A stretch of 64,000 nt of DNA from Haliotis rubra (lineage: Eukaryota). The stretch lies in contig NW_025766968.1 in assembly GCF_003918875.1 (NCBI RefSeq), positions 4,092,001 through 4,156,000 of the forward strand. The letters run 5' to 3'. Below, in pieces: positions 1 through 12,009 of this stretch. The stretch's first letter is position 1. Every line of letters starts with the position of its first letter. The notes beneath the pieces are model-generated. The model did no database searches and had not been told where the DNA came from. It saw nothing but the letters and a program-made list of their open reading frames with translations. Both the position numbers and the translations under genes were made by a program.

Positions 1-660
1 ATCGTTTGTTGAAACAGCAACAATGGGAAACAATATTCCCCAAGCATTAAACTTCTCCCTGTGGTCGTTTTGTTGTAAGTGAATAGAACCCCATACCGTA
101 TCATTTGTAGAGCTCTGGTACAGCTGATGTTTGAATACAAATCAATTTCAGTATTTAAAGTATCGTTTGTCTGTTGACTGACCGAGATGGATGAGCAGGT
201 GAATACAGGTGAATGCCATTCACCATACCATGCTGATTCTCTTGTGGCCTCTCTCATCAAGTTATCTCTCTATGGACTGGTCAAAGGACAGGATGGCTAG
301 TTCTTCTACTGATGGATTGAGTGAACAAGGACAATGGACCAACAGTGGTGTCATGTTACTTTAATCTAGAGCAATGAATGGTGCCTGATGTGGTGTGTTC
401 CTATTCCATGGATGTAATGTAATTTATTCAAACTTCCGAAGGGTCAACAAATTTTAAATATGTAGGGCAATGATAAGAGTACACCATGGGCACTTTCCTT
501 ATATTTGCTTTGTGTGAGACAGATGACTACACAAGTCTCTGTTGGCGATACCATTTATCTTAGGGGTTGTTTGAGAATGTACCAAATGTGAGAAAAAGCT
601 TTAGATATGTTTCAAAACAGCAAGTTGTAAGATGAGCAGTATTTGGAGGGCATGTGTGTA
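1..660 (-). pseudogene. L: Probable C-proximal continuation of the unit A L relic (may run off the window)
   Basis: Minus strand gives SAWYGEW (~212-232), which resembles ATWYGNW in the unit G L relic (~36512-36532). Collinear with 1800-4420. Weak on its own. Confidence 0.45.
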
Positions 661-667
661 ATAATCT

Positions 668-786
668 GGGCCTTATTCTCGAAACGTTCGTAGCCCTAAG
701 AATTCTTAACTTTGATCATAGCCAATGTGTTAAGAATGGGCTCAAGAAGTTTGTAGGGCTATGAACGTTTCGAGAATTGCTAGCCT
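668..786. mobile_element. Short MITE / inverted-repeat element
   Basis: attctcgaaacgttcgtagcccta (675-698) and tagggctatgaacgtttcgagaat (754-777) are reverse complements at 23/24. Confidence 0.8.
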
Positions 787-989
787 GTTTCATTCACATA
801 ATAAAATCGTACCATGTTCCCATTGAATTGATACATATTTTGTTTAATTTCATAATCTGTGGTGCAATGTTACATAACACAAAAGTTATTTGTGACGTCA
901 TGACATCATGCAGCGTAACGGCTTACTACATGAACGTTTCCTCGTCTCCTAATTGTGGATTATCAAGGAAAAGATGACAGTGAAAACCT

Positions 990-1242
990 GTTGTTTGTTT
1001 TGTTTGTTTGTTGTTTTCTAAAGCTGCATTCAGCAGTATTTCAGCTACATGGTGGCAGTCTGTATGTAATCAAGTCTGGACCAAGCAATCCAATGATCAA
1101 CGTCATGAGCATAAACCTATGCAATTGAGATATGATAACATGTGTCAACCAAGTCAGTGAGCCTGACCACCCAATCCCGTTAGTCGCCTCTTACAACAAG
1201 CGAGGGTTGCCAAAGACCAATTCTAACCCGGATCTTCACGGG
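990..1242 (-). mobile_element. SINE-like family A copy
   Basis: Matches ~10 other copies in the window (core GTCGTAAGAGGCGACTAAC, 3' gctggaatattgct, microsatellite tail). Confidence 0.9.
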
Positions 1243-1799
1243 CATATAATGAAAACTAGAAAAGAAACTCTTATTGGCACTACAAAACCATAAACTTTCA
1301 ACACAGACATAAATGAGTTAAACTATGCATGACTAACTTAACAATAAATTACAATCAGGAATGTAGTTCTTCATATTTTGATGGAATAGCCAATCACAGA
1401 CCTGGATTTCAATATCACACATGTTTGATACCATTTATCTCACATGAGTGTACAGGAAAATGTTTTCGTTTACCACCCATGAACAATATTCCGGTGATAT
1501 CACATAGTTTCTACAAACACAAAACTAGCTTAAAACACCGTACACATGTTAAGAATCAAACCCAAACCCTTGCTACAATAAGCAAACACTTTACCACTAC
1601 TCTACCACACCAAGCCCTCAGAAGTAATTTGTGTTTTAGTTTCAGACAGAGTTACTTGTTTGATCTCTAATTTGCTGACTGTATTGTGTGTGTTTAATCT
1701 TATTTTCAACACACCCACACTCTATTTTTTGCAAGCCCTAGACAATCATGGCTACATGCACATTGTGCACATGAATATTCTCTTTCCATGACCTTCATA

Positions 1800-4420
1800 G
1801 GATCCTCAAGTCTTTTGTGCCGATGCCAGAGGATAGGGTTATCTTCAAAGATGAAGTAACAGAACAGCAAGGAAAAGACCAATTAGAACTTCATTAGTTT
1901 CTGTTGTCCATCTGCTTTGATTCAGCTTTGTTGAACTTCAAACATTAATCACAGGATAATTTCTCTGACCATGTCAGCGAAGGAAAGGCTTCAGCCATGT
2001 CTTAATTACTGGGTCACTTTGAGTCCCAGAGGGGTCACTTTGACTCTTATTTCCGGCACTTCTCCGCAGAGGATATTCATCACGATCAGCTAATCATTAT
2101 TTGCTCAACAATGTCCATTCTTGACTGGAGTTGTCTCTTCTTTGACAGTTTCCTTGATTACCTTGACTGGTGTGAATCCTTGACCCTTAGGGATAGTTTG
2201 TATGTCCACATCTCCTGGACATCCTTACTCCTAATGAGACTCAAGATGACTGTAATGAAAGTATTGCCACTGGCTTGCAGAGAGCATCTATTGCAATTGC
2301 TGAAATAAATGCTTCAGAATGGTCCTTGATTAAATCAATGGACTACTTGTCTATACCACTATGTTAGGTTGTGGATACAGACTTGCGACAGTCGACGTCA
2401 TGGTCAAGATGAGGAAATGTTCACAGCCTCCCTGACTTTTATTTAATCTTCCATTCCTCATCCCTCTGCTTTGTGTCTGTGTTAAGGTAATCTGGCTATT
2501 CTGAGGTTTGGTTGTGAAAGGGCAAATGTTATCGTTATTGGTATTCACTGGTGATAAAAGCATTTACGTAAGCGAGGGACATTGAGACCAAACCATGGGG
2601 CCGACCCCATACCAATAAAGGCTATTTATGAAAGGACACAGAAATGTATTAACAGTTGGCAATTGATTCCAATGGTTTGATGTTCGTGTCAATGAAAGTA
2701 AATTCTTTATGAAAAAATGTCATTAAATCCTTATTCAGATCTTTAAGGGTTTGTATAGTAGTAACATGATTGGTTAGGCATAGGTTTAGCATGCCAAGGA
2801 GCCAGTTTCGATTCCACATATTGTGAAGCTTCTTCTTAGTGTCCCCAGGCACAATATGGCTTAAATTATTGTTTAGAGCAAGTAAAATATAACTCATTCA
2901 GAACCAGCTCTTTTCAAGAATAAACATCTTCGCTTTTCATATGTAATATTTACATGAATATTATCCTGAATAGGAGCACATTTCATGTGTATGTCCCAAA
3001 GGAATAATCCGCCATCAGATATGTTCAATAGAAAATAGTTTTTTAGACTGTTCAATACTCTAGCTTCTTCATCTTTTGCCAACACAAACTCAATGTTGGT
3101 TCGTCATGTTCTTTGCACTGTCCATTGAATCAATTTCTCATTATCAAACATATTGAATCGTATATTGATTCAGAATTATTTGTTCACAAAACAGTATTTG
3201 AAACATCCCTTACAGACAAGGGATCCTTGAATAAATTCACGGTGCCGATACAATAAGACAGGAATCATGGTCGTACACCATCCTTGATCTTGATCAGTTA
3301 TCACAACAATCATCCAGCTCTGTGCAAAGTCATGAATTAACAATTAAAAGCCAGAACAGACAATTCAAAAAGCCTCTAGCCCCTGAGCAAGGCTAATCAA
3401 TGACTACAGACTGAAGATACTACCAATTGTTATGGGCAAACAGTTGAATAGCTACTTTACTTAGTTGTGCATGGACTTCAAGGTTAATTTCTTGAGCTGA
3501 ACCCTGACCCTATCTCTCTTCTTCTCGCTGTAAGGAGGAGAACAATTTTCCCTGTATTCCTCAGCCCTTTATTTCATATTGATTGTTGGCGAAGTATCGG
3601 TTGTGTTTCTTGCTAGGCTTGCCAAGCCTAAAGTGTTTATCAACAAACTTTCACTTGAACCTGAGGCTATTTGAATACTCAGACTCTGTCAGAGAGAGTG
3701 TCGCTTTTTCTTTGATATCACTGGTCCGAGAAGTAGAAAATATGGATCGCAGAAAACCATCAAGCCGTGGGCTACCAATGGTACTCTCTCCACCGAAATG
3801 ATGTCATTTTTTAATCCTCAAGTTTGTTTGTTTAATTTTCTGGAATGAAGCAAATATCCTTGATTACCGTATAGAAATAGAACTTGGTGGAGAATTGCTT
3901 TAAAGTGTTTTTCGACCATAACTGTCTAGATGGGAATGGACCAGTTGTAGATGATCCAAGCACTGTCAGATTGTAGGATGTTTTAACATTTCAGAAAGTT
4001 GAAGCATTAAAAGTTTTAGGACAGGTTATATCTCCTCCATCAGCATTTTCACCACCTCTCACTCAAGTCTCAAATTTACTTAAATGGTCCGGTATTCTCC
4101 TGAGACACCAAAATAGAAATCTTTTGAACTGATGTCAGGATCCTCCTGCTTAAATTGGACAGATTGTAGAATTTGTAGCTTTTTACATTACTTCAGCTGT
4201 AGAATCTTCAAGATTTACTGTTCAAAATTTACAAATACTTCCTCCTCTGATTTATTTATGAAAGAATTAAATAAGATTGATCTGTGGCAGAAGGCATGGT
4301 TATAAGGATCCAGTATGCTTTTGTAACTTATAGCGACAGCATGTAAAAGATCAGAGTCTGGGATCCTGTTGCCAAATTGAGTCATTCTTAAAGGTGCAAG
4401 ATCTAAGTTGAAAGACATGG
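1800..4420 (-). pseudogene. L: Hantavirus-like L (RdRp core) relic, unit A
   Basis: Collinear matches: DSDLLHAVAISYKSIL~DLNRLLALNIAFEKAL (ORF 4215-4418); KHFKAILHQV~KHYRSLISEV (~3882-3912); DPYF/STSRTSDIK~EPYFSQTRNISLK; ARGF~DRGF (motif F); VLNSLKNYF~VIDALKQVY; NWLLGMLNLC~NWLQGNLNKC (motif B, ~2778-2807); LMTFF~LSTFF (motif E); GMGSAP~DLGASP. Many stops and frameshifts. Confidence 0.88.
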
Positions 4421-4625
4421 TGTTTTTTTATTGTAGTGCTTATTTTAAAAATAAAAATTGACAAATATGCTGTAAGGATTCACTATATGTTATGTATATA
4501 TATATATATATGTGATTACATCAAAGATTAATTTCTCCTCTAACTTCGGGGAACCAACTGCAAACCTTATGCAGATGAATTGCATGTGGATCATGCATCA
4601 AATTGCTGAAAAGCATGTGCAAATA

Positions 4626-5194
4626 CAGTCAAGCACCGTTGTCTCGATATTCATGGGACCAAGAAAAAGTATCGAGTTATCCGAACTTCGAGACATCCGA
4701 CCAGGGCATATCATCACATATCACTATGAAAGAAAACAAAACGTATGTTTTGTTTCGAAAGTATAATCCATTATCAGTAGTGTTTAGTCGTAACAGTGAG
4801 TACCTCCTCATTAATTCCTTCTTAAAGATAATCCTAATTAAATAACAAACAAGTGACATCTTCAACTCAATTAGCCCTAATTAGTTTACACTACCGCATC
4901 CCTTTGATACATGCTGCACCGTGTGTAAACATGTGGAAACAACCTCAGTTCAGAGGGATACTTGCCCATGAAGGTAGGTGAATATCAAGTTTCTTTGCAA
5001 ATATCGAGTTAAAAGGGTAACTTTGCTGTTGGGACCATGAAATTATATCGAGGTATCCGAAATATCGAGACATCTGTATCGAGTTAAAAGAGCTTGAATA
5101 ATGATAAATTATTAAGGATTTTGCCGGGACCGAGATGTTATATCGAGACAACCGAGATATCGAGTTATCAGTTCAACACAACAATGCTCGACTG
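4626..5194. mobile_element. Tc1/mariner (pogo/Tigger-like) MITE inserted in the unit A L relic
   Basis: TA|cagtcaagcaccgttgt ... acaacaatgctcgactg|TA (TIR 14/17). Internal subterminal repeats tatcgag(t/a). Confidence 0.85.
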
Positions 5195-5389
5195 TATCAT
5201 GCATGTGAACAGTTGCATTGTGGTGTCAAGTTTTGTTAAGAATTCGCCAATTTTCACTGAGTTTCATCAGTTATTGAACTCATGACAATAACCTTTTCAA
5301 CGTTACAAATTTGTTTTACAATACATCAGTTCATGTGTAAACAGTACCTTTAAACAGTATGGAATATTTTGCAAAATCTAGTTTAGAAC

Positions 5390-6120
5390 AGTTGACTGAT
5401 GTAAGTGGCTACATTTACACTAGTGAGTCTAAACTTTTGATGGGTAGTATATGCATATTATTCAACAAATGACAATGATCAGGTAATTAAGAAAACCTTT
5501 AAAGGTGTATGTTCCATTTCTCCTACAGATGGCAGAGTGTACTAGAATTTGTTCGTGTTATTATGTCAAAAGAGTTTTAGATTTTATAAAGCAGTTATTG
5601 AACACTTCATGTCTTGACAGTGATTCATGGTCAACTGTGTCAAATGAATTGAGAAAAATAAGATTTAATTCTTGTAAGTTTACATCAATGTATGAAATTA
5701 CTAAAGTCAGATTAGATAGACACATATGTTCTTTATCTGCAAGGCTCATAGTCTGATAAAACTATACTCGCCTGCAAGTTTAATCCAATGGTTCCCACGA
5801 TCAGAAATCATGGACCCTTGATTCTTGTTTACATTTTACCCACCAATCAAACGTCAAGTTACGGGAAAAAGGAAATGGGTATGGGAAGAGGACATGAAGA
5901 CATCCTTTCCATCAAAAAGATCTTTGAGGGTTTGTTTTTCAGTCAGTCTTTCAATGTAAAATTTCTTGCAGTGTCAATCATGATCAATGGGACTGGTAGC
6001 CATGTTGTTGATATCACCAGCCCAACATTGAGGCTTGTTTTGTAAATATAGCATGTCAGTTAAAAGAATACCAGGTCTTCCTCAGAAACAAATTCTGTGT
6101 AAAGGAAATAGTTCGATGAC
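5390..6120 (-). pseudogene. L: Hantavirus-like L relic (PA-C-like region), unit A
   Basis: HEQILVHSAICR~TESLIAHSGLKR; ILPIKSLD~ILPSKSLE (~5426-5450). Confidence 0.75.
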
Positions 6121-6140
6121 ACCAGGTGACACATTGTGAC

Positions 6141-6390
6141 ACCCTTGAAATTCCGGGTTAGAATTGATCTTCAGCAACCCACGCTTGTTGTAAGAGGCGA
6201 TTAACGGGATCAGGTGGTCAGGCTCACTGACTTGGTTGACAAATGTCATCGTATCCCACTTGCGTAGATTGATGCTCATGCTGTTGATAACTGGATTGTC
6301 TGGTCCAGACTCAATTATTTACAGACTGCCACCATATAGCTGGAATATTGCTGAATGTGGTGTAAAACTAAGCTCACTCACTCACTCACA
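6141..6390 (+). mobile_element. SINE-like family A copy
   Basis: Full-length match with (CTCA)n tail. Imperfect TSD cacattgtga/cacattctga. Confidence 0.9.
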
Positions 6391-6519
6391 TTCTGATTGG
6401 TCTATCAGGTATGTAGGATGGCAAATCAAATTGGCTAATGAAAATCAACGGTGGGTAATTTGATATCGCAAGAACCTCAAGACTGGATCCTAGTGTAGGT
6501 TTACTGAAATGCACCCTTG

Positions 6520-6890
6520 GAGAAATAGAGGCTAGTAGATACAATAATGATCATCTCATGAATTTTAGATTTCATAAATCTGAAACATAACAACTAACAA
6601 TACAAATGCATCTGATAATATTCTAGCTGGACACACAGTTTGTTCAGTGCCCCTGGGAACAGCCCCTGGGAACAGCAGCGAGTACAACCAGTTATCTTTT
6701 CCGTCATATATTCATTTCCCAGCAAGATGTCTATAAAACCCATTGTCAGATTGGGACATGAAATATTGTCCCAGTGCACTCTTCAATGAAAACAACATGA
6801 CCTGAAGGTAACTATCAGTTTGTGACGCAGCAATCATCCATTCCCAGAAGAAAATATGTGTGCATGGTACTGTCCAGGCAGCACGAACCA
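6520..6890 (-). pseudogene. L: Hantavirus-like L N-terminal cap-snatching endonuclease relic, unit A
   Basis: LLRHKL~AVRHDI; LQVMLFS~GKVLLFA; LGQYFMSQSDN~LKAFFKMTPDN; MGFIDI~IEFVEV. Confidence 0.75.
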
Positions 6891-6899
6891 GATTAGGTT

Positions 6900-7400
6900 G
6901 TGGCTTGTTGCAGTAAACCATGAGTGGATAAGGCAGAACAGACAGCACCAGAATACCAAGTGAGGCTAGGTAATAGCGTTTCTGGGGATCAGGAGGACCC
7001 TCCTTGTTGGCAGTCTGATAATGGCCCCACATGGTCACCTGATCTTCATGGTAAAGAAACGACAAGAAGTGGCTGTGTTTGGTGCATCCTGTCGAAAAAC
7101 TGTAGACTGGGCAATTTGCATGAGAGATGTATGGTTTTTGTGGGACTTCAGTATTCTGGTCATCAGGAAATGTTCATTGGCCTTGCATTCCAGTAAAAAT
7201 AGCTGTTGAGAGACCCAGACTGTGGAATCTGTTTTAGGCCTGTTGAATAAATATCTGTGTTTCTGTTCCCTTGTTCTGTAGAGGTTGGGGAAAGAGCTGG
7301 ATTTATTTGTTTGTAGTTGGTGGAAAATGTACAAAACTTTAATCTTATGTAATACATTGACCCTTCTAGGCCATGCTGGAAATTACAAACCAATTAGGGG
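6900..7400 (-). pseudogene. GPC: Hantavirus-like Gc C-terminal half including TM helix, unit A
   Basis: Ungapped TSLMQIAQSTVFRQDAPNTATSCRF~TGYNQIDSDKVYDDGAPPCTIKCWF (ORF 7035-7334); QSGSL~HSGSL; TM ILVLSVL~ILILSIL. Confidence 0.8.
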
Positions 7401-7419
7401 ATTGAATTTTGGGGTCTGG

Positions 7420-8125
7420 GCTACAGGAGACTGTCAGTTCTGGAATCACCTCAGTGGGAAAGCCTGGGCTGCAGGTGACCTAGTCTGTTCTGGAATCACC
7501 TCAGTGGGAAAGCATGAGCTACAGGTGACCTAGTCTGTTCTGGAATCACCTTATTGGGAAAGCCTGGGCTGCAGGTGACCTAGTCTGTTCTGGAATCACC
7601 TCAGTGGGAAAGCATGAGCTACAGGTGACCTAGTCTGTTCTGGAATCACCTCAGTGGGAAAGCATGGGCTGCAGGTGACCTAGTCTGTTCTGGAATCACC
7701 TCAGTGGGAAAGCATGAGCTACAGGTGACCTAGTCTGTTCTGGAATCACCTCAGTGGGAAAGCATGAGCTACAGGTGACCTAGTCTGTTCTGGAATCACC
7801 TCAGTGGGAAAGCATGGGCTGCAGGTGACCTAGTCTGTTCTGGAATCACCTCAGTGGGAAAGCATGAGCTACAGGTGACCTAGTCTGTTCTGGAATCACC
7901 TCAGTGGGAAAGCATGAGCTACAGGTGACCTAGTCTGTTCAGGTGACCTAGTCTGTTCTGGAATCACCTCAGTGGGAAAGCATGGGCTACAGGTGACCTA
8001 GTCTGTTCTGGAATCACCTCAGTGGGAAAGCATGGGCTACAGGTGACCTAGTCTGTTCTGGAATCCCCACAATGGGCAAGCATGGGCTGCGTGTGACCTA
8101 TTTTTTCTGGAATCATCACAGTGGA
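7420..8125. repeat. 50-bp minisatellite (~14 copies) inside the unit A GPC relic
   Basis: Unit ctgttctggaatcacctcagtgggaaagcatgagctacaggtgacctagt, period 50 from 7441 to 7891. Confidence 0.97.
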
Positions 8126-8950
8126 ATTTCCAATGAAAAAACCCAAATGACATCCTAGCATGCACTGTCAAACTAAAAGATAAACAGTACATCGCATGCA
8201 AGTCGAAAAACACTACAGGAGAAAGTTGTCAAGTGTTACATCTGCTTCAGAGGTAGGGAGAGTCTTCAGTGGGAAATCTGCTTCAAACACAGGCACTCTG
8301 ATACTCTTAAGTTTTCCATGTCACTACAGCACAAGTAATGCAACATTACCAAAAGCTTGCCATAAAGGTAGCTATAACCAGATCAACAGCTATCAATTTA
8401 AAAAAATAATTAAACACCTGTTACTAATACATGAAGAAGACTTATGTTGCAGAAAGACAGGACTAAAGGCCCAGAATTAAACATATATGACAATCAGATA
8501 TATCTAATCATACATATTTCAAGTGTTGGGTAAGAGATACCTCGACGAGGATTATCCTTGTGGGTTAATGGGATTCCATGTACATTGATATATAAGAGAT
8601 AGGAAATCCCATCCCTTTCCTGAATGCTATCAACATCAGCTGTATCATCAATATTTAATCACCATGGCCTTCCCACTGGACGTAAATAGCCTTGATTTTG
8701 AAATCAGCACATTATTTACTTGCCATTCAGCTATTCTGAGCACAAGGCACAATGAACTTTGGCTGTTCCACTTCAATTTTTTCCCTTTTGCATGTAAGAA
8801 CGGTTGATGTAAAATTATTGGCAATGTTTTGCCCTGAGGGTAGGCTGGGAGAATTTCACACATATTGTATTGAGAATCCTCATCTTGGTGGTGGAATCTC
8901 AATAACTGCAGGCAGGCTTGTGTACTCTGCTTGGTAAATTGCAAGGGAAG
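8125..8950 (-). pseudogene. GPC: Hantavirus-like Gn ectodomain relic, unit A
   Basis: CS..LNTICVKFSQ~CS..LNTITKYTQ; CLVLRIAEWQV~CLIALGPYRV; HICLILG~YICIVGG; CSVF~CTVF. Confidence 0.75.
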
Positions 8951-8959
8951 CAAAACTGA

Positions 8960-9300
8960 TAGTCGTTAATTTTCTGATTGGTTGTTGATCTTGTGACCTT
9001 CACCTTCCCCTGTTTGACCTTCAGCCATGGGGTTAAGAAAGACGGTTTTGTGTTCTGTCGTGATTCATTCTCTGTCGGAAATCCCAGTCTCCACTGATCA
9101 ACCTCTTTGTTGCACTGTCAGTTTTCCTCTCCCGTGTGAACTATGACTAGAATTGCTTGTACATCAAAGTTGAAGCAGTACTCTGCAACATCTAAAGTCA
9201 TGGCTGCCGACACATGTACATTCATAACATAATTTGGAAATTGTCCAACTTCTGAATGAGTTTGGAAAGATTATAAACATCTTTGTAATTCACAACTCAA
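8960..9300 (-). pseudogene. N: Hantavirus-like nucleocapsid C-terminal relic, unit A
   Basis: SEVGQF~AELGAF; KEVDQWRLG..ENESR..LKVK..TNQ~KEAVDNFHLG..DPELR..VKVK..SNQ. Confidence 0.75.
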
Positions 9301-9609
9301 GAGATCAGAGATTAAAGACGTAACAAAAAAATCAATGTAAACTAATCCAGTTAATTATATCTTACAGCAGCACGGGCTGGTTACACAATATGAGCAGCTA
9401 CATATATAATACTAATAATAATGATAATGATCTCACAACAAATGCAACACGAATCTCTTCCATAGACACTTGCCTTCAGATATCAGGGTATATATATTTT
9501 AGATTGTGCAACTTTCTATGCACATATTAGGTTGAAATTTGGAATTTCTGTACCATTTTATTTTCTAACTTAATAACTACACATATTGTTGCACAATCTA
9601 AAATGTAAA

Positions 9610-9802
9610 GTTTGTTTGTTTAAATTGTTTGTTGTTCAGAGCCACACTACAATGATCAACAGCACGAACAGCGATCTAAGCAATTGGGTTACAATGACAT
9701 GTGTCAGCCAAGTCAGTGAGTCTGATGACCCGATCCCGTTCGTCACCTCTCATGACAAGCATGGATGCTGAAGACCTATTCTAGCTCAGATCTTCACAGA
9801 TC
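9610..9802 (-). mobile_element. SINE-like family A, internally deleted copy
   Basis: Matches the family consensus. Confidence 0.85.
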
Positions 9803-9924
9803 TAAAACATAAAAGTTTATCTTTGTATTGTATCATGTTTGAAACAAACCAAGAACAACACCTTCCCAAAATCTTTACCCTCCTGATGGTTTCAAAGCAG
9901 CACAGTCATACAGTAACCGCAGGA

Positions 9925-10285
9925 GGTGAGGTGAGGTAAAATTGGATTTAACGTCGTGCTTGAGAATATTTCGCTCATATGACGACGTGCATGCGTGTGT
10001 GTGTGTATGTGCGGGTACTTGTACTAGCCCAGACTGAAGCTGGTTTTATAGTGCTAGCCCACTGAGATACCATGCCGCAGTGAAGCATGAATACCCCACT
10101 CAGACACATTATACTGACTCCGAGCCGAACAGTCCTTGTTGTACCCATTAATGCTGAGCGCCAGGCAGGGACCAACAAGTACCATTTTTTTAAAAATGTC
10201 TTTTGGTATGACGCGGTCAGGGATCGAACTGTGATCTTCCGCTCTCCCGGGCGGATGCTCTAACCATTACACCACGGAGGCGGTC
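9925..10285 (-). mobile_element. tRNA-derived SINE family C (Meta/MESC-like central domain), full length
   Basis: tRNA-like head with A/B boxes, then gtcataccaaaagac...ccctgcctggcgctcagcatt, (CCTCA)n tail. 13-bp TSD agtaaccgcagga at 9912-9924 and 10286-10298. Confidence 0.9.
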
Positions 10286-10299
10286 AGTAACCGCAGGAA

Positions 10300-10908
10300 C
10301 TAATATTCATTGTTATATTACAGTTTGTGTTGGAGGAATCATCAGTTGATAACAAAGTTTGAATCATTTGAGTGCACTTAAAACTTTAGTCCATCAATGA
10401 CAGCACTTTGGAGCTGACAGATAACTGATAGCACTTAAGATTCTCATCACACCATAGACAAGACACAGTGACATCATTCATCTGTGGAAGGTGTATGACA
10501 TGTCTTTCCATATCATTTAGGAAACATTTAGATCATTCACTGGCAAAAATATCTGTGAATTTAACTAAATTTTATTTTTTTCTAATTTGTAAATGGTACT
10601 TGAATCACTTAACTTCAGCTTTTCAGCAAAAATAAGAATTCATCATTATGGATTTTAATTTTTAATCACAGTGATTTACAGATTTCAGTGAAATAATTCT
10701 GGCTAAAATATTGTATTTATACCAAATTATCTGTGATATCAGTGTGGAAGTGATCCTTTGTACCAGGCTTAATGAGAGTAGAGTATGGAATCACGGGATT
10801 CCAGAGGTATGAATAATTCAATGCCATTGAATGCTGTCTCACACCTGACGTGCTGAAAACATTTAACAGAACACATTTAGTGGATATTTTGTTAACTTGA
10901 CAATTCAT
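10300..10908 (-). pseudogene. L: Hantavirus-like L N-terminal relic, unit B
   Basis: ORF 10717-10908 has C..VRQH(11 aa)W~C..VRHD(11 aa)W; VIP..TDN~IIP..PDN; FTEI~FVEV; AEVK*FKYHL~AEISYVREHL. Confidence 0.7.
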
Positions 10909-11340
10909 TCACTTCCCATCAATTCTGATTTTGATGATGATCAGCAAGATGAGACAATAGATCACAATCAGTGGGACAAATTGGGGCCATTATACACAGA
11001 GATATTGTGCAGATTTCCTGATTAGGCCTCTCATGATAGTGTGGTGTTTCCTGTCTTCATTACTGGAGAGTTGCTGCTTTTCAAAATGTGATCGTTTTTG
11101 CATTGCATGAGTCAAGAACCGAGACGCTGATTTTAATGTTTTTACTGCCAAGCTTTATTTTGGTTCTACCCCCAGGGTGATAGTTTGAAGATGTGATGGT
11201 TTGACTTGGTAGTGGCTTGCAGTTTAATCATGGTATACAGTTGATTAAATCTGAAGGTTTCTTGTGTAATGAAGGGCAAAGTCAAAACACCAGTTTCTCA
11301 AGAACTGGCTGTGGTATTTCCCCTTAGACATGGAAATCAG
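10909..11340 (-). pseudogene. GPC: Hantavirus-like Gc relic including TM and stop codon, unit B
   Basis: FLRNWC~ILKQWC; PSDLI~PGDIM; DSCNAKTITF~QSFNTSTMHF; CTISL~CKIGL; TM FVPLIVIYCLILLIIIKIR..*. Confidence 0.7.
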
Positions 11341-11419
11341 TTAGACAAGTTGGGAGAACAGGTCCTCAAAAGACCCTGCTCTTCGTGCTATTGGGAAATG
11401 AATCACAGAAGGTTAGGTC

Positions 11420-11935
11420 CCCAATAACCCTATGTTTGTGTCCCATTGGGAATTCTGGAAAGAACAGATCCCCAGTACCCTATATTTGTGTCCCATTGGG
11501 AATTCTGGAAAGAACAGATCCCCAGTACCCTATGTTTGTGTCCCATTGGGAATTCTGGAAAGAACAGATCCCCAGTACCCTATGTTTGTGTCCCATTGGG
11601 AATTCTGGAAAGAACAGATCCCAAGTACCCTATGTTTGTGTCCCATTGGGAATTCTGGAAAGAACAGATCCCCAGTACCCTATATTTGTGTCCCATTGGG
11701 AATTCTGGAAAGAACAGATCCCAAGTACCCTATGTTTGTGTCCCATTGGGAATTCTAGAAAGAACAGATCCCCAGTACCCTATGTTTGTGTCCCATTGGG
11801 AATTCTGGAAAGAACAGGTCCCCATACCCCATGCTTGTCTCCCCTTGGGAATTCTGGAAAGAACAGGTCCCCAGTACCCTATAATCCTGGGTTGAGTTCC
11901 CCAGTACCCTATAATTCTGGGTTGAGTTCCCCAAG
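11420..11935. repeat. 50-bp minisatellite (~9 copies) followed by two ~30-bp units
   Basis: Unit cccagtaccctatgtttgtgtcccattgggaattctggaaagaacagatc. Confidence 0.97.
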
Positions 11936-12009
11936 AACCATGCTTTACTCCTCGTTCTGCAACAGGTCATATCCTTCGAACCCCTCATTTGTCCTATTAT
12001 GGTCAGAAG

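Noticed and set aside
6700-7400. Ty3/Gypsy integrase relic (H..GH..RYY pattern)
   Set aside because: Better explained by ungapped, collinear matches to the Gc C-terminus and the L endonuclease. No DDE core or RT nearby.
8960-9200. Solo LTR on the + strand
   Set aside because: No TSD or second copy. The minus strand matches the N C-terminus.
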